A DNA stretch of 64,000 bases from Candidatus Nanoarchaeia archaeon (GTDB taxonomy: Archaea > Nanobdellota > Nanobdellia > WJKC01), in NCBI GenBank assembly GCA_041653515.1, contig JBAZFG010000002.1, positions 125,632 through 189,631 on the forward strand, read 5' to 3'. Position 1 is the stretch's first letter. Each line of letters begins with the position of its first letter. Positions 20,313 to 29,614 of this stretch are shown here, piece by piece. Below the pieces are notes generated by a model, which searched no databases, was not told the origin of the DNA, and was given only the letters and a program-made list of their open reading frames with translations. A program made the position numbers and the translations under genes.

Positions 20313-21041
20313 ATGATTAATAAAGCTGTTATTCTTGCCGGCGGTAAGGGAACCCGCATCGCTAACCCTGACATGCCTAAAGCCATGATTAAACTTAACG
20401 GAACCCCGATACTCGAAAACACCCTGCAATTGCTCGGCGGCTGCGGCATTAACGAGGTATTCATGTTAGTCCATTACCTTAAAGAGCAGATTATTGGTTA
20501 CTTTGGCAGTGATTTTAATGGAATGAAAATTAATTATGTCAACGTTCATGAAATCTTGAAATATGACCAGCCTATTGGTATCGCTGACGTGCTCGGCGTA
20601 ATGGATGGCCGCATTAACGAGCCATTCTTAATGATTCTTGGCGATGAAGTTTACGCTGGCACTAAGCACCCTGATATGCTTAAATCATTTAATCCTGTTT
20701 ATGACGCGATGATTGGTGTCATGCGCACTACTGATGAGCGCGCAATAAAGAAGAATTATACTCTGCGGGTTGATGATGCCTTTAATGTCACTGACCTTGA
20801 AGAGAAGCCTGATGCGCCTTGGAATGACTTGCTTGGCTGCGGCACTTACATCTTTACCCCTAAGGTCTTTGATTATATCAGGCAGACACCGTTGTCTGCT
20901 AAGAGCGGCCGCCGAGAGATTACTGACACGCTTAAGGTGATTGCGGCTAATGGCTTGCTCGCTGCCTTTGACCTTGGCGGCAGTTACGTCAATATTAATT
21001 ATAAAGAAGACATTGCCCTTGCTGAAAAACTTTTTAAGTAG
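20313..21041 (+). CDS. sugar-1-phosphate nucleotidyltransferase
   Basis: 'AVILAGGKGTRIANPDMPKAMIKL'; clearly higher GC than upstream genes. Confidence 0.7.
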   Translation: MINKAVILAGGKGTRIANPDMPKAMIKLNGTPILENTLQLLGGCGINEVFMLVHYLKEQIIGYFGSDFNGMKINYVNVHEILKYDQPIGIADVLGVMDGRINEPFLMILGDEVYAGTKHPDMLKSFNPVYDAMIGVMRTTDERAIKKNYTLRVDDAFNVTDLEEKPDAPWNDLLGCGTYIFTPKVFDYIRQTPLSAKSGRREITDTLKVIAANGLLAAFDLGGSYVNINYKEDIALAEKLFK

Positions 21042-21050
21042 CCCACCCGA

Positions 21051-22289
21051 TTGTTTTACTTAATGAAGGTATGCATTGTTTGTGATTACTTGCCTGAATA
21101 CCATGATACTTGGGGTGGGGGTGAGAAAGCCTCAATCAGCATTGCCCGTTTACTGGCAAGTAAAGGCGAGGCTGTGTCAGTGGTAACTAAGAAACCAAAT
21201 AAGCCTGTTAAAGAGTTGTTTAAGCATTATTCTTTAAGGACTACTGAGGACTTCCTTGGCAGTAAGGCTGGTCTTTATTTCTCGCGCTTCAAGTCAATCT
21301 GGGTTCCGTTTGATTTAATCACTTATTTCTCCGCGCTAAAACTATTCAGGCGTATCAAGCCTGACATTATTAGTCTTGGCAATTTCCGCGAGTTATCACT
21401 TTCTGTTGTCCTTGCCGCGCACAAGCTTAACATACCAGTTGTTTATTCGGTTTATGATTACTGGTTATTCTGCCCTAAGATTGATTTAGTTGATAATAAT
21501 GGTTCTTGCAGTGCCAATTGCAATAAGTGTATTTCAGGCGAGCGCTTTGGCTCATTCAAGCGCTTGTTGGTGCCTTTAAGGAATTTTATTTTTAACCGGA
21601 TTAGTTTTGACCGCGTGATTGCATTGTCAGATAACTCGCGTCAGTTAATAGCCCGGCACGGCGTTAATAAGAATAAGTTAAGGGTTGTCCCGTTGCCGTT
21701 TGGTGACTTAAAGACTGACTTGAAGTCAAGGGTTGACCCTAATCTGATATTATTCATGGGCTGGGTTCATCACCGGAAGGGCCTTAAAATCCTTGTTCAG
21801 GCGATGAACTTGCTTGCCAAGTCAAACCCTAAGGCAAGGCTCGTTGCGCTTGGAATGCCAGCTGATAAGTCTTACGAAACTGCTGTCAGGTCAATCATGG
21901 GTGGTAACGTTGAGTTAGTTATTGGCCGTAAACCGCTTGATGAGGTTAAAAAGTTAGTTGCCCGCGCAGGTATTATTGTTATCCCGGAACAATGGGCTAA
22001 CATGTCGCCGGTGCTGCTTATCGAGTCTATGTTTAATGCCAAGCCAATCATTGCGAGCAGGGTTGGGGGCATCCCGTCATTTATCAAGCATGGTGAGAGC
22101 GGCTTGCTCGCCTGCCATGACAAGCCTGATGACTTCGCGCGACAAATTAAGTTATTGCTTGACAGCCCATCACTGGCCAAGCGCTTTGGGCTTAAAGCCC
22201 GGGAGCAGGCGCTTGATAAATTTAATAAGAACAAGGTTTATTTCAAGCTAATGAGTGTTTATGGCGGTTTACTCAAGCAAAAAGCCTGA
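21051..22289 (+). CDS. GT4-family glycosyltransferase
   Basis: 'MKVCIVCDYLPEYHDTWGGGEKA' N-terminus; C-terminal 'PEQWANMSPVLLIESMFNAKPIIASRVGGIP'; GC-rich codon usage. Confidence 0.7.
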   Translation: MFYLMKVCIVCDYLPEYHDTWGGGEKASISIARLLASKGEAVSVVTKKPNKPVKELFKHYSLRTTEDFLGSKAGLYFSRFKSIWVPFDLITYFSALKLFRRIKPDIISLGNFRELSLSVVLAAHKLNIPVVYSVYDYWLFCPKIDLVDNNGSCSANCNKCISGERFGSFKRLLVPLRNFIFNRISFDRVIALSDNSRQLIARHGVNKNKLRVVPLPFGDLKTDLKSRVDPNLILFMGWVHHRKGLKILVQAMNLLAKSNPKARLVALGMPADKSYETAVRSIMGGNVELVIGRKPLDEVKKLVARAGIIVIPEQWANMSPVLLIESMFNAKPIIASRVGGIPSFIKHGESGLLACHDKPDDFARQIKLLLDSPSLAKRFGLKAREQALDKFNKNKVYFKLMSVYGGLLKQKA

Positions 22290-23286
22290 AGAAGTTTATG
22301 GCAAGTTATTCTCCGATGTTAAGGGCAAGCGGGTAATAATTAAGCCTAACTTAGTTACTGACTTGCCGGCTAATAGCGGCGTCACCACTGACCTGCGCTT
22401 AGTGTCAAAACTAATTAAGTTCCTTAAGGGTCGTGGCGCCAAAGTAATTGTGGCTGAATCAGGTCTTGCTCACACTGATAGTATCATTAAGAAACTTAAA
22501 CCATCATTTAAAGTGGTTAACCTTGACAACTGTGATCGCGTGCCTGTCAAGTCACTGACTGGCTTGATATTAAAGGAGTTCCGCCTGCCAAAAATCGTTG
22601 TTGAAGCGGACTTAATCATTAGTTTTGCTAAGATGAAGACTCACGCTCTCACTACTGTCACGCTGTCAATCAAGAACTTATTTGGCTTGTTATGTCAGGG
22701 CGAGCGGAAGAAATCTCACGTGCAGGGATTAAATGAGTCAATTGTTGATTTATTCTCAGCCCTGCCAAAAGTAGTTGGTTTGGTTGATGGCCTGATCGCT
22801 CTTGACGGCAAGTTCGGGCCAGTCAGCGGTTCGCCCCGCAAAGTAGGGCTGGTCATTGGCTCAACCGACCCGCTTGCTTGTGATTCTTATTGCGCTAAAT
22901 TAATGGGTGCTAACCCTAATAAAATCACTCACATGCGCTTGTGCGCTAAAAATTGTCTTGGCAGTTTTGATGATACTGATGTTAAGGGCTTGTCATTTGA
23001 CTTGCCGCCTTTCTTCATGCCATTAGCCAGCAAGTTATTGGAGCGTTATCGCCGGCGCAAGCCTTATTTGATGAGCCCTGATAATTGCGTTAAGTGCCTT
23101 GAGTGCGTTAATAATTGTCCTGTTAAGGCTATCTCAAAGTCAATTGAGTTTGATTACAATAAGTGTATTGGCTGCATGGTCTGCGTTGAGTCATGCAAGC
23201 ATAAAGCGCTTGGGTATAAACTTAGCCTGCCAACGAGGGTGATTCATTACTTGTTTAAGACTTTCTTTAAGAGACGGCGCAAGTAA
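22255..23286 (+). CDS. DUF362 domain protein fused to 2x[4Fe-4S] ferredoxin domain
   Basis: N-terminal region similar to 32819..33880 (DUF362-like); C-terminal 'CVKCLECVNNCP' and 'CIGCMVCVESCK' CxxCxxCxxxCP clusters. Confidence 0.55.
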   Translation: MFMAVYSSKKPEEVYGKLFSDVKGKRVIIKPNLVTDLPANSGVTTDLRLVSKLIKFLKGRGAKVIVAESGLAHTDSIIKKLKPSFKVVNLDNCDRVPVKSLTGLILKEFRLPKIVVEADLIISFAKMKTHALTTVTLSIKNLFGLLCQGERKKSHVQGLNESIVDLFSALPKVVGLVDGLIALDGKFGPVSGSPRKVGLVIGSTDPLACDSYCAKLMGANPNKITHMRLCAKNCLGSFDDTDVKGLSFDLPPFFMPLASKLLERYRRRKPYLMSPDNCVKCLECVNNCPVKAISKSIEFDYNKCIGCMVCVESCKHKALGYKLSLPTRVIHYLFKTFFKRRRK

Positions 23287-24356
23287 TACTTTATTGTGTA
23301 AGGCCTCATTGACTGGGTCATCTTGTAGATTGCTTCCTGCTGTTCTTTTGGGTAAGCATCTGATTGTGGTTTGGCGTGCTCGCCATAAAAAGTCATGTCT
23401 GCCCGGCTATCATCAGTTGGCGGGATAAAATAAGAGAAGTGGCCGTTGACGCCTTCATTTTTAACCCACTCAACGTTCGCTAGGTCACTCTTGTATGTTG
23501 AGCCCGGCAAGCCAATGATGAAATAACAATTAACACTCCTGAAGTATTTTTTCGCAATCCTGACCGCTTTCTTCACTTGTTCTGGTTTCAAGCCTTTCTT
23601 AATGTTCTTTAATACAACCAGACTTAGGCTCTCCACCCCGAAACTAACGTGATTGCAGCCGGAGCCTGAGATTGCCTTGGCTTGCTCCTTGTTGAATAAG
23701 TCAGCGCGCAAGCCGTTGGTGCAAAACCACTTTAAGTTTAATGGTTTTATCAATTCGCAAAACTCAATAACCCTCTTGTTGACTGCGTTAAAGCAGTCAT
23801 CAATTATCTGAAATGACTTAATGTCATACTCCTTTTTTGCTTTCTTTATTTCTTCATAACAATTCTTGGCGCTTCTCATCCTTAAACGCCTGTTCCTTGA
23901 CGCGCAGTAAATGCACTGGAACGGGCAGCCAAGGCTCGTCAGCACTGGGTAAGCCCACTTGCCGCTTGACCAGTTATCCCTGAACGTCTCGTATGAGTCA
24001 AATAGGGAGTAATCAGGGAATGGCAGTTTGTCATTAAAATCATTGTTAATGTTAACATTGCTCTTGAATTGGTTGAATGGGTAGCAGCACTGGACGTCAA
24101 CAACCCCTGTCACTGACTTGACTCTTGATTTTGGGTGAGCCCGCTTGTACTCAGCCTTTATCCTTTTACTTTCATTGTAAGCGGCTGAGCGGATTGAGAT
24201 TAGTGCTGTGTCATCATTAACTTTTAAGTACCTTTTTTTTGGTTTTTGCTTAGTATTAAGGTCAATTACCCGGCTTTTCTTGAGCGTGGCAATGTAAGCA
24301 AGGCTCATGTTTGGCAGGTCCCTGTTAATCCCAGAATTAGGGTTTATCAGTATCAT
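23247..24356 (-). CDS. radical SAM protein (B12-binding-like N-terminus)
   Basis: 'SLGCPFQCIYCAS' CxxxCxxC; N-terminal 'LINPNSG...MSLAYIATLKK' resembles the B12-binding segment of the two flanking class-B rSAMs. Confidence 0.65.
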   Translation of the reverse strand: MILINPNSGINRDLPNMSLAYIATLKKSRVIDLNTKQKPKKRYLKVNDDTALISIRSAAYNESKRIKAEYKRAHPKSRVKSVTGVVDVQCCYPFNQFKSNVNINNDFNDKLPFPDYSLFDSYETFRDNWSSGKWAYPVLTSLGCPFQCIYCASRNRRLRMRSAKNCYEEIKKAKKEYDIKSFQIIDDCFNAVNKRVIEFCELIKPLNLKWFCTNGLRADLFNKEQAKAISGSGCNHVSFGVESLSLVVLKNIKKGLKPEQVKKAVRIAKKYFRSVNCYFIIGLPGSTYKSDLANVEWVKNEGVNGHFSYFIPPTDDSRADMTFYGEHAKPQSDAYPKEQQEAIYKMTQSMRPYTIKYYLRRLLKKVLNK

Positions 24357-25465
24357 TTTTTCCTGACCGTTTTTTTGTAGATTGAGCAGTTAGCGCATGG
24401 GGCTGGCACTTTGCCTTTCCTTAAGCCTTCCCTTAATTCTTTGTAGTCCTTCCCAAACCAAATCTCTTTTAGTGAAAGTTCCTTAATGTTGCCAAGCGAT
24501 GTTTTCTTCTGGAAATCCCTTTGATTGGCCTCGTTTCCGACGCAGCAGGGAATAACATGTCCTGTTACGAATACGAAAGGCATTATCCATTCAATGCACT
24601 TATCCATTGGTTCCTTGTCATCTGGTACGTTGGCCCCATAGTGCATTCTTATACCATAAGAATTGGCCTTAGCCTTGACTTGCCTAAAATAAGTGTTAGG
24701 CACTTTAGTTACGAGGTTCTTTATCTCCTTGAATGGGTGTAATAATAATGTGTATATGACTTTAACGTCATCATTCATCTTAATGCTGTTAACGTAGTCC
24801 ATGAATAACGGCACTTCCTTGACGTTTATTTTGTTGACAATGAAGTGAAAGTTGACTTCCGGGAATGGTTTTTTCATTTCCTTTTTTAGTTCTATTAGCT
24901 TCTTGATGTTCTTTGTTACTACGTCAAAATTTGAGCCAACCCTTATTTTCTCGTAAGTCTCCTTTGTGGCTCCGTCAATCGAAGCCAGTATCCTATCAAC
25001 TCCTAATTCAATCAGTTTTCTTGCAATCTTTTCATTGAGGAAGATAAATGAGTCATATATCTCGACGTATATCTTCTTTTTCTTGACGTACTCTATCATC
25101 TTAAGGTAATCTTTATTTAGGAACGCTTCCCCTATCCCTGTCAGACCTATCCATTTCAAGTGTGGGAACTGGTCAATTATTCTCTTAAATTCCTCAAAGT
25201 TCATGTCCCTTGCGGGTTCACTCCAGTACGTGTGCTCGCATATTTTGCATTTGAGGTTGCACTTGGTTGTGACTTCTATTTCCATGAAAGGGGGGGTTAT
25301 ATTAAAGAACCTGCCAAGTTTTATTAGTAGCAGGTTGCTCCAGAATTTTGATTGCCATAATAAGTAGAACCATGTGTAATTATATGTTGCTTTTAGTCCT
25401 TGATGCCTTAACATGTTGTAAATAAATTTTGAGTACCTCTTGACTTTCATTATTACCTGTTTCAT
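24353..25465 (-). CDS. radical SAM / SPASM-like domain protein
   Basis: 'TTKCNLKCKICEH' CxxxCxxC; C-terminal Cys-rich 'CCVGNEAN...CANCS' auxiliary-cluster-like region. Confidence 0.6.
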   Translation of the reverse strand: MKQVIMKVKRYSKFIYNMLRHQGLKATYNYTWFYLLWQSKFWSNLLLIKLGRFFNITPPFMEIEVTTKCNLKCKICEHTYWSEPARDMNFEEFKRIIDQFPHLKWIGLTGIGEAFLNKDYLKMIEYVKKKKIYVEIYDSFIFLNEKIARKLIELGVDRILASIDGATKETYEKIRVGSNFDVVTKNIKKLIELKKEMKKPFPEVNFHFIVNKINVKEVPLFMDYVNSIKMNDDVKVIYTLLLHPFKEIKNLVTKVPNTYFRQVKAKANSYGIRMHYGANVPDDKEPMDKCIEWIMPFVFVTGHVIPCCVGNEANQRDFQKKTSLGNIKELSLKEIWFGKDYKELREGLRKGKVPAPCANCSIYKKTVRKK

Positions 25466-25490
25466 TATGATCTTTTATGATTATTTTCTT

Positions 25491-26573
25491 TTAAATCTTT
25501 TTATTGGCTTTGAATTCCTTTGAGTACTTTCTGGTTAGTTTAATGTATTCATTTCCGTACTCGTGGCTTGGCTCTATCTCGGTTCCCTCGTGCCACTCGT
25601 TGAAGCTAGTGATTGACACTACTTGAGGGTTCTTCTTTATAGCTGCTTCCCAGCAGCGTTTGTAAACACTGCCTTTTTCCCTTGACACGACTGCGTAATG
25701 CTTGATGCCGAGTGTTATTAATATCCACTTGAAGTCGCCCCTGGCTAATCGCTTGAGTAATTTGACAAATAAAGTCCACACCCGTTTGATTGAGAAATTG
25801 CTTTTTAACCCTTCAGCTAACTCGCCGATGAATTCTTTTGGTATCTCTTTGACCCCTGAGTCATCATAGCCTGGCATGACTGTCAGCACGCAAATCTTCT
25901 TGTGCTTGTCGCACATGCCTTTTATTTTTGAGTACTCAGTGAACATGTTTTTCTTGTTGAATAAAGCGTCAAGGTAAGTGTACCTGAAAGCGCCGTCAAA
26001 ATTACTAACCCATTCTTCATACTTGGAGTCAACTATTAAGTAAGCGCCGGTCGCTTTCTTAACTAAATCCCTGACTACCAGCCACTTGTTGAGTCCTAAT
26101 TGCATTAGCACTCTTGCGTATAATATGATGAACGGCTTGCCGTTAACCCTGAAAAATGATTTGTGCTTGCCATACTTGTTAATCAGTCCAATTAAGTGTT
26201 TGGCCACTTTCTCCGGCTCAAAACTATTGGGCAGGTCCTCGTAATAGAATGTTAGTTTAACGCCGGGCGTCTTGTCAGCGATGCTTAGCATTTTTTCGAA
26301 GTTTTTGTGCGTGTGAGTCATCTTCTGCTCCCAGATTGAGACGAGTAACGCGTTAATGCCTGCTTCTTTTGCCATCCTTAAGTGCTCTTTTATCACTGCT
26401 GGGTCGCTTGAGTCATAAGCGCCGAGTAACGGGTGGTCGGCTGACGCAATATCAGGCAAGCCCTTTATTTTCCTGTCAGGGTCATGGCCGCCTTGTTTCC
26501 ATTTAAGCCATTGCTTTGAGTGTTTTGGGCTGCCAAACCATGGGTAATAAAAAGCGAGCACTTTCTTGTTCAT
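25491..26573 (-). CDS. glycoside-hydrolase-like TIM-barrel protein (GH99/GH71-like)
   Basis: N-terminal 'AFYYPWFG...W.KW' motif reminiscent of the GH99 endo-alpha-mannosidase family; weak. Confidence 0.3.
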   Translation of the reverse strand: MNKKVLAFYYPWFGSPKHSKQWLKWKQGGHDPDRKIKGLPDIASADHPLLGAYDSSDPAVIKEHLRMAKEAGINALLVSIWEQKMTHTHKNFEKMLSIADKTPGVKLTFYYEDLPNSFEPEKVAKHLIGLINKYGKHKSFFRVNGKPFIILYARVLMQLGLNKWLVVRDLVKKATGAYLIVDSKYEEWVSNFDGAFRYTYLDALFNKKNMFTEYSKIKGMCDKHKKICVLTVMPGYDDSGVKEIPKEFIGELAEGLKSNFSIKRVWTLFVKLLKRLARGDFKWILITLGIKHYAVVSREKGSVYKRCWEAAIKKNPQVVSITSFNEWHEGTEIEPSHEYGNEYIKLTRKYSKEFKANKKI

Positions 26574-27634
26574 AGAACTTTTTTGAAATTGCTTCCATTT
26601 ATAATTATTCTGTTTAATCCTTTCATGTGCGCTTTGACCCCAAATCTTTCTGCGTTTTTTTTGCAGTCGCTTGCCTTGAATTTATTATGCCAGTTCTGCA
26701 ATACCCTGATTAAGTTCTCCTCGTATGGCTCGTTTATTAGCACGCCTGTTTTGTTAGTGATTGTTTCCTTGAACCCTCCGTCATTGACTGCGATGACTGG
26801 TTTGCCTGACGCATTAGCTTCAACTGGCACTAAGCCAAAGTCCTCGCCTTTGTTTAATTGGATGACTGCCTTGCACTCTGAGTAATATTTTCTTAATTCA
26901 GTCTCACTTAACCGGCCGAGTAACTTAATGTTTTTGTTAGCCATTGCTTTTAGTTCTTCCATCATCATGCCAGTGCCTGCTATCATTAATTCTTGTCCTG
27001 TCTTATTGAACACTTTGATTAGTGTGTCAATGCGCTTGACTGGCTCGAGTCTTGATACGCAAAAGAAGTAATCTTTTGACTTGGCTTGTTTGTAGTCTTT
27101 TAGTTCGGTTGGCGGGTAAATCACTATTATTTTTTTGTCTGGGTAAATCTTTTGCATAATATTTTTCATGTAATAACTGTTAGCGATTACAACATCAATT
27201 TTCTTGACTGCTTTTTGGTCTGCTCTTATTGTTAATTTACTTACTAAGTTGACTAACCAATTCTTTTTTTCCAATCCATAACTGACTTTGTTTGGGTGTT
27301 CTGAGTACCAGATTGTTTTTTTACCTGACTTGCTTGCAACAACGTGACTGTTAGGTGTTTCAGCAAGCACTAAATCATATTGCTTTAGGAACGAGCCTTT
27401 TTTCAGGCACCAGAATAAGTTTACTATTGTCCTAAACATTGGCAGTTTTCGTGCCCAAGGCATTAATTCTATTATTCTTGCTTCCTTGAAGTATTCTGGA
27501 TAAACTTTTGAGTCATAGACGCTGGTATAAATTGTCACGTCATGTTTTTTTGATAATTCCTGATAGTGAATACCTGTTACTTTTTCTGCCCCGCCAATAT
27601 TTGTTAGGAATGGCACGATTATTGCTATTTTCAC
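26570..27634 (-). CDS. GT4-family glycosyltransferase
   Basis: 'EDFGLVPVEANASGKPVIAVNDGG' E-x7-E motif. Confidence 0.7.
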   Translation of the reverse strand: MKIAIIVPFLTNIGGAEKVTGIHYQELSKKHDVTIYTSVYDSKVYPEYFKEARIIELMPWARKLPMFRTIVNLFWCLKKGSFLKQYDLVLAETPNSHVVASKSGKKTIWYSEHPNKVSYGLEKKNWLVNLVSKLTIRADQKAVKKIDVVIANSYYMKNIMQKIYPDKKIIVIYPPTELKDYKQAKSKDYFFCVSRLEPVKRIDTLIKVFNKTGQELMIAGTGMMMEELKAMANKNIKLLGRLSETELRKYYSECKAVIQLNKGEDFGLVPVEANASGKPVIAVNDGGFKETITNKTGVLINEPYEENLIRVLQNWHNKFKASDCKKNAERFGVKAHMKGLNRIIINGSNFKKVL

Positions 27635-27683
27635 GTTATTTATAATTAATGCAAACTTTTTAAATACTTTTTATTCATTAATA

Positions 27684-28736
27684 ATGAGTATGCGTATTGC
27701 TTTCGTTATTATTGGTTACCACCCAACTATTGGAGGTTATGGCAGGCATGTTAAACTGGTTTCTGATGAGCTTCGCAGGCGGGGCCACGAAGTCACTATT
27801 TTGACTACTAATTTTAGCCCTGGGCTTGTTGAAGCTGAGTCAGGCGTTATTAGGTTTAAACATGACCCTTTGTTTAAGATTACGCCGTCGCTTTTCTCGC
27901 ACTTGCTTCATAATGATTATGACCTTGTTCACGTTTTTGGTTATCAGAGTTTCCAGCCGTCAATTACTGCTTTGGCTAAGTGTTTTAAGAAATTCCCGTT
28001 AGTGTTTACTCCTCATTATCACCCATTCGGCCATAAGCCAATGTCATTGAGGAAATTGTTTGATGTCACGTTTGGTAATTACTCGCTTAGTCATGCTGAT
28101 TACGTTGTTACTACTACAGATTATGAGATGCGATTGCTTCGCCATCGCGCTAATCATATTAAAGTGATTCCTAATCCTTTAGAGGTTGATAAGCTCAAGA
28201 AGTTGAAAGGTTTTAAGCGCAAGTATGGCCTGAAGGGTGATTTTGTCTTGTTTGTTGGCCGGATTGAGCAGGATAAGGGTTTGCAGTACTTGATTCCGGC
28301 TGTTAAGGGCCTTGATACTACTTTGGTCGTGATTGGCAATGACGCTGGCTTTAAAGCTGAGTTACCAGTTCAGGGTAATGTCTTGTTTACTGGGCCTTTA
28401 TCGCAGGATGATTTGATGCGGGCTTATAATGAGTGCGCGTTTTTAGTGTTGCCGAGCCGTTATGAATCATTTGGGTTAGTGTTAATTGAAGCTATGCATT
28501 ATTCTAAGCCAGTGATTGCTTCGCGTGTTGGTCCTGTTCCATCGATTGTTAAGGATACTGGTTTAGTCGTGCCTTATGGCGATGTTAATGGGTTGCGTTT
28601 AGCTGTTACTAAATTATTGTCTGATAAGAAGTTGCGCCAATCAATGGGCCGTTATGCTTACCGTAACTCACTTGTTTATGGGGTTGATAATGTTGTTGAT
28701 AAATTATTAATGATTTATAATAAGGTGATTGAGTGA
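27684..28736 (+). CDS. GT4-family glycosyltransferase
   Basis: 'ESFGLVLIEAMHYSKPVIASRVGPVP'; N-terminal 'GGYGRHV'. Confidence 0.7.
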   Translation: MSMRIAFVIIGYHPTIGGYGRHVKLVSDELRRRGHEVTILTTNFSPGLVEAESGVIRFKHDPLFKITPSLFSHLLHNDYDLVHVFGYQSFQPSITALAKCFKKFPLVFTPHYHPFGHKPMSLRKLFDVTFGNYSLSHADYVVTTTDYEMRLLRHRANHIKVIPNPLEVDKLKKLKGFKRKYGLKGDFVLFVGRIEQDKGLQYLIPAVKGLDTTLVVIGNDAGFKAELPVQGNVLFTGPLSQDDLMRAYNECAFLVLPSRYESFGLVLIEAMHYSKPVIASRVGPVPSIVKDTGLVVPYGDVNGLRLAVTKLLSDKKLRQSMGRYAYRNSLVYGVDNVVDKLLMIYNKVIE

Positions 28737-29581
28737 AATACACTATTGGTGTCCCTGCCTATAAGGAGATTAGTATTACTAAGTGCTTGCAATCACTCTT
28801 AGCTGAGCAGTTGCCGTCGTCTGAGATAATTGTTGTCTGCCCTGATGATGAGACTGCTTTGCTTGTTAAGTCATTTAAGGGTGTTAAATTAATTAAAGAG
28901 AAGAGTAAGCAGGGCAAGCCCGCGGCTGTTAATAAGATTCTGAAGGCAGCTAAGGGTGATGTTATTATCCTGACTGACGCTGACATGTTCATTAATAATG
29001 GTAGTCTGCGCAAGTTAGTTTCTCATTTTAAGGATAAGAGTGTTGGTGTTGTCTGCGGTCACCCGGTCGTTATTCCGCAGAAGGGCATGCTTGGTTATTG
29101 GGGCAGTGTGTTGTATGACTTGGCTCATCAGTCGCGTTTGGCTGGCGCTAATCACTTATCAACTAATTTGTGTGCTTTTCGCAGGGGTTTAGTTAAGTCT
29201 ATTCCGCTTGAGTCATTGGTTGATGATTATGTTATTGGGCTTGAAGCATCAAAGAAGCATTCTTTTATTTATGAGCCAAGAGCAATTGTTAATGTTAGGT
29301 TCCCGTCCACTACTCGTGATTTTCTTAAGCAGCGGGTTAGGACTTTTGCTGGTTACATGCAAGTCAAGGATTGGTATGGTAGTAGTGAGCGCTCGTTTGG
29401 CAGTGAGGCGCGCGCAGCTAACAGTGTTTTATCCTATGTTAAATCGCCTAAAAACTTGTTTTGGGTTGTTTGTTTGGCTTTTTATCGCTTGCGCGCTTGG
29501 CTGGGCGCTTACTGGGTTTATCGTGTGAAGAAGAAAAGCCTGAAGGATGTTTGGGTTCCTGCTTTGAGCACTAAAAAGTAA
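28733..29581 (+). CDS. GT2-family glycosyltransferase
   Basis: 'IIVVCPDDE...VIILTDADM' DxD motif; 4-nt overlap with the upstream GT4. Confidence 0.6.
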   Translation: MKYTIGVPAYKEISITKCLQSLLAEQLPSSEIIVVCPDDETALLVKSFKGVKLIKEKSKQGKPAAVNKILKAAKGDVIILTDADMFINNGSLRKLVSHFKDKSVGVVCGHPVVIPQKGMLGYWGSVLYDLAHQSRLAGANHLSTNLCAFRRGLVKSIPLESLVDDYVIGLEASKKHSFIYEPRAIVNVRFPSTTRDFLKQRVRTFAGYMQVKDWYGSSERSFGSEARAANSVLSYVKSPKNLFWVVCLAFYRLRAWLGAYWVYRVKKKSLKDVWVPALSTKK

Positions 29582-29614
29582 TCTTTTTAAGTTATTAATT
29601 GTGAGTAATATCTT

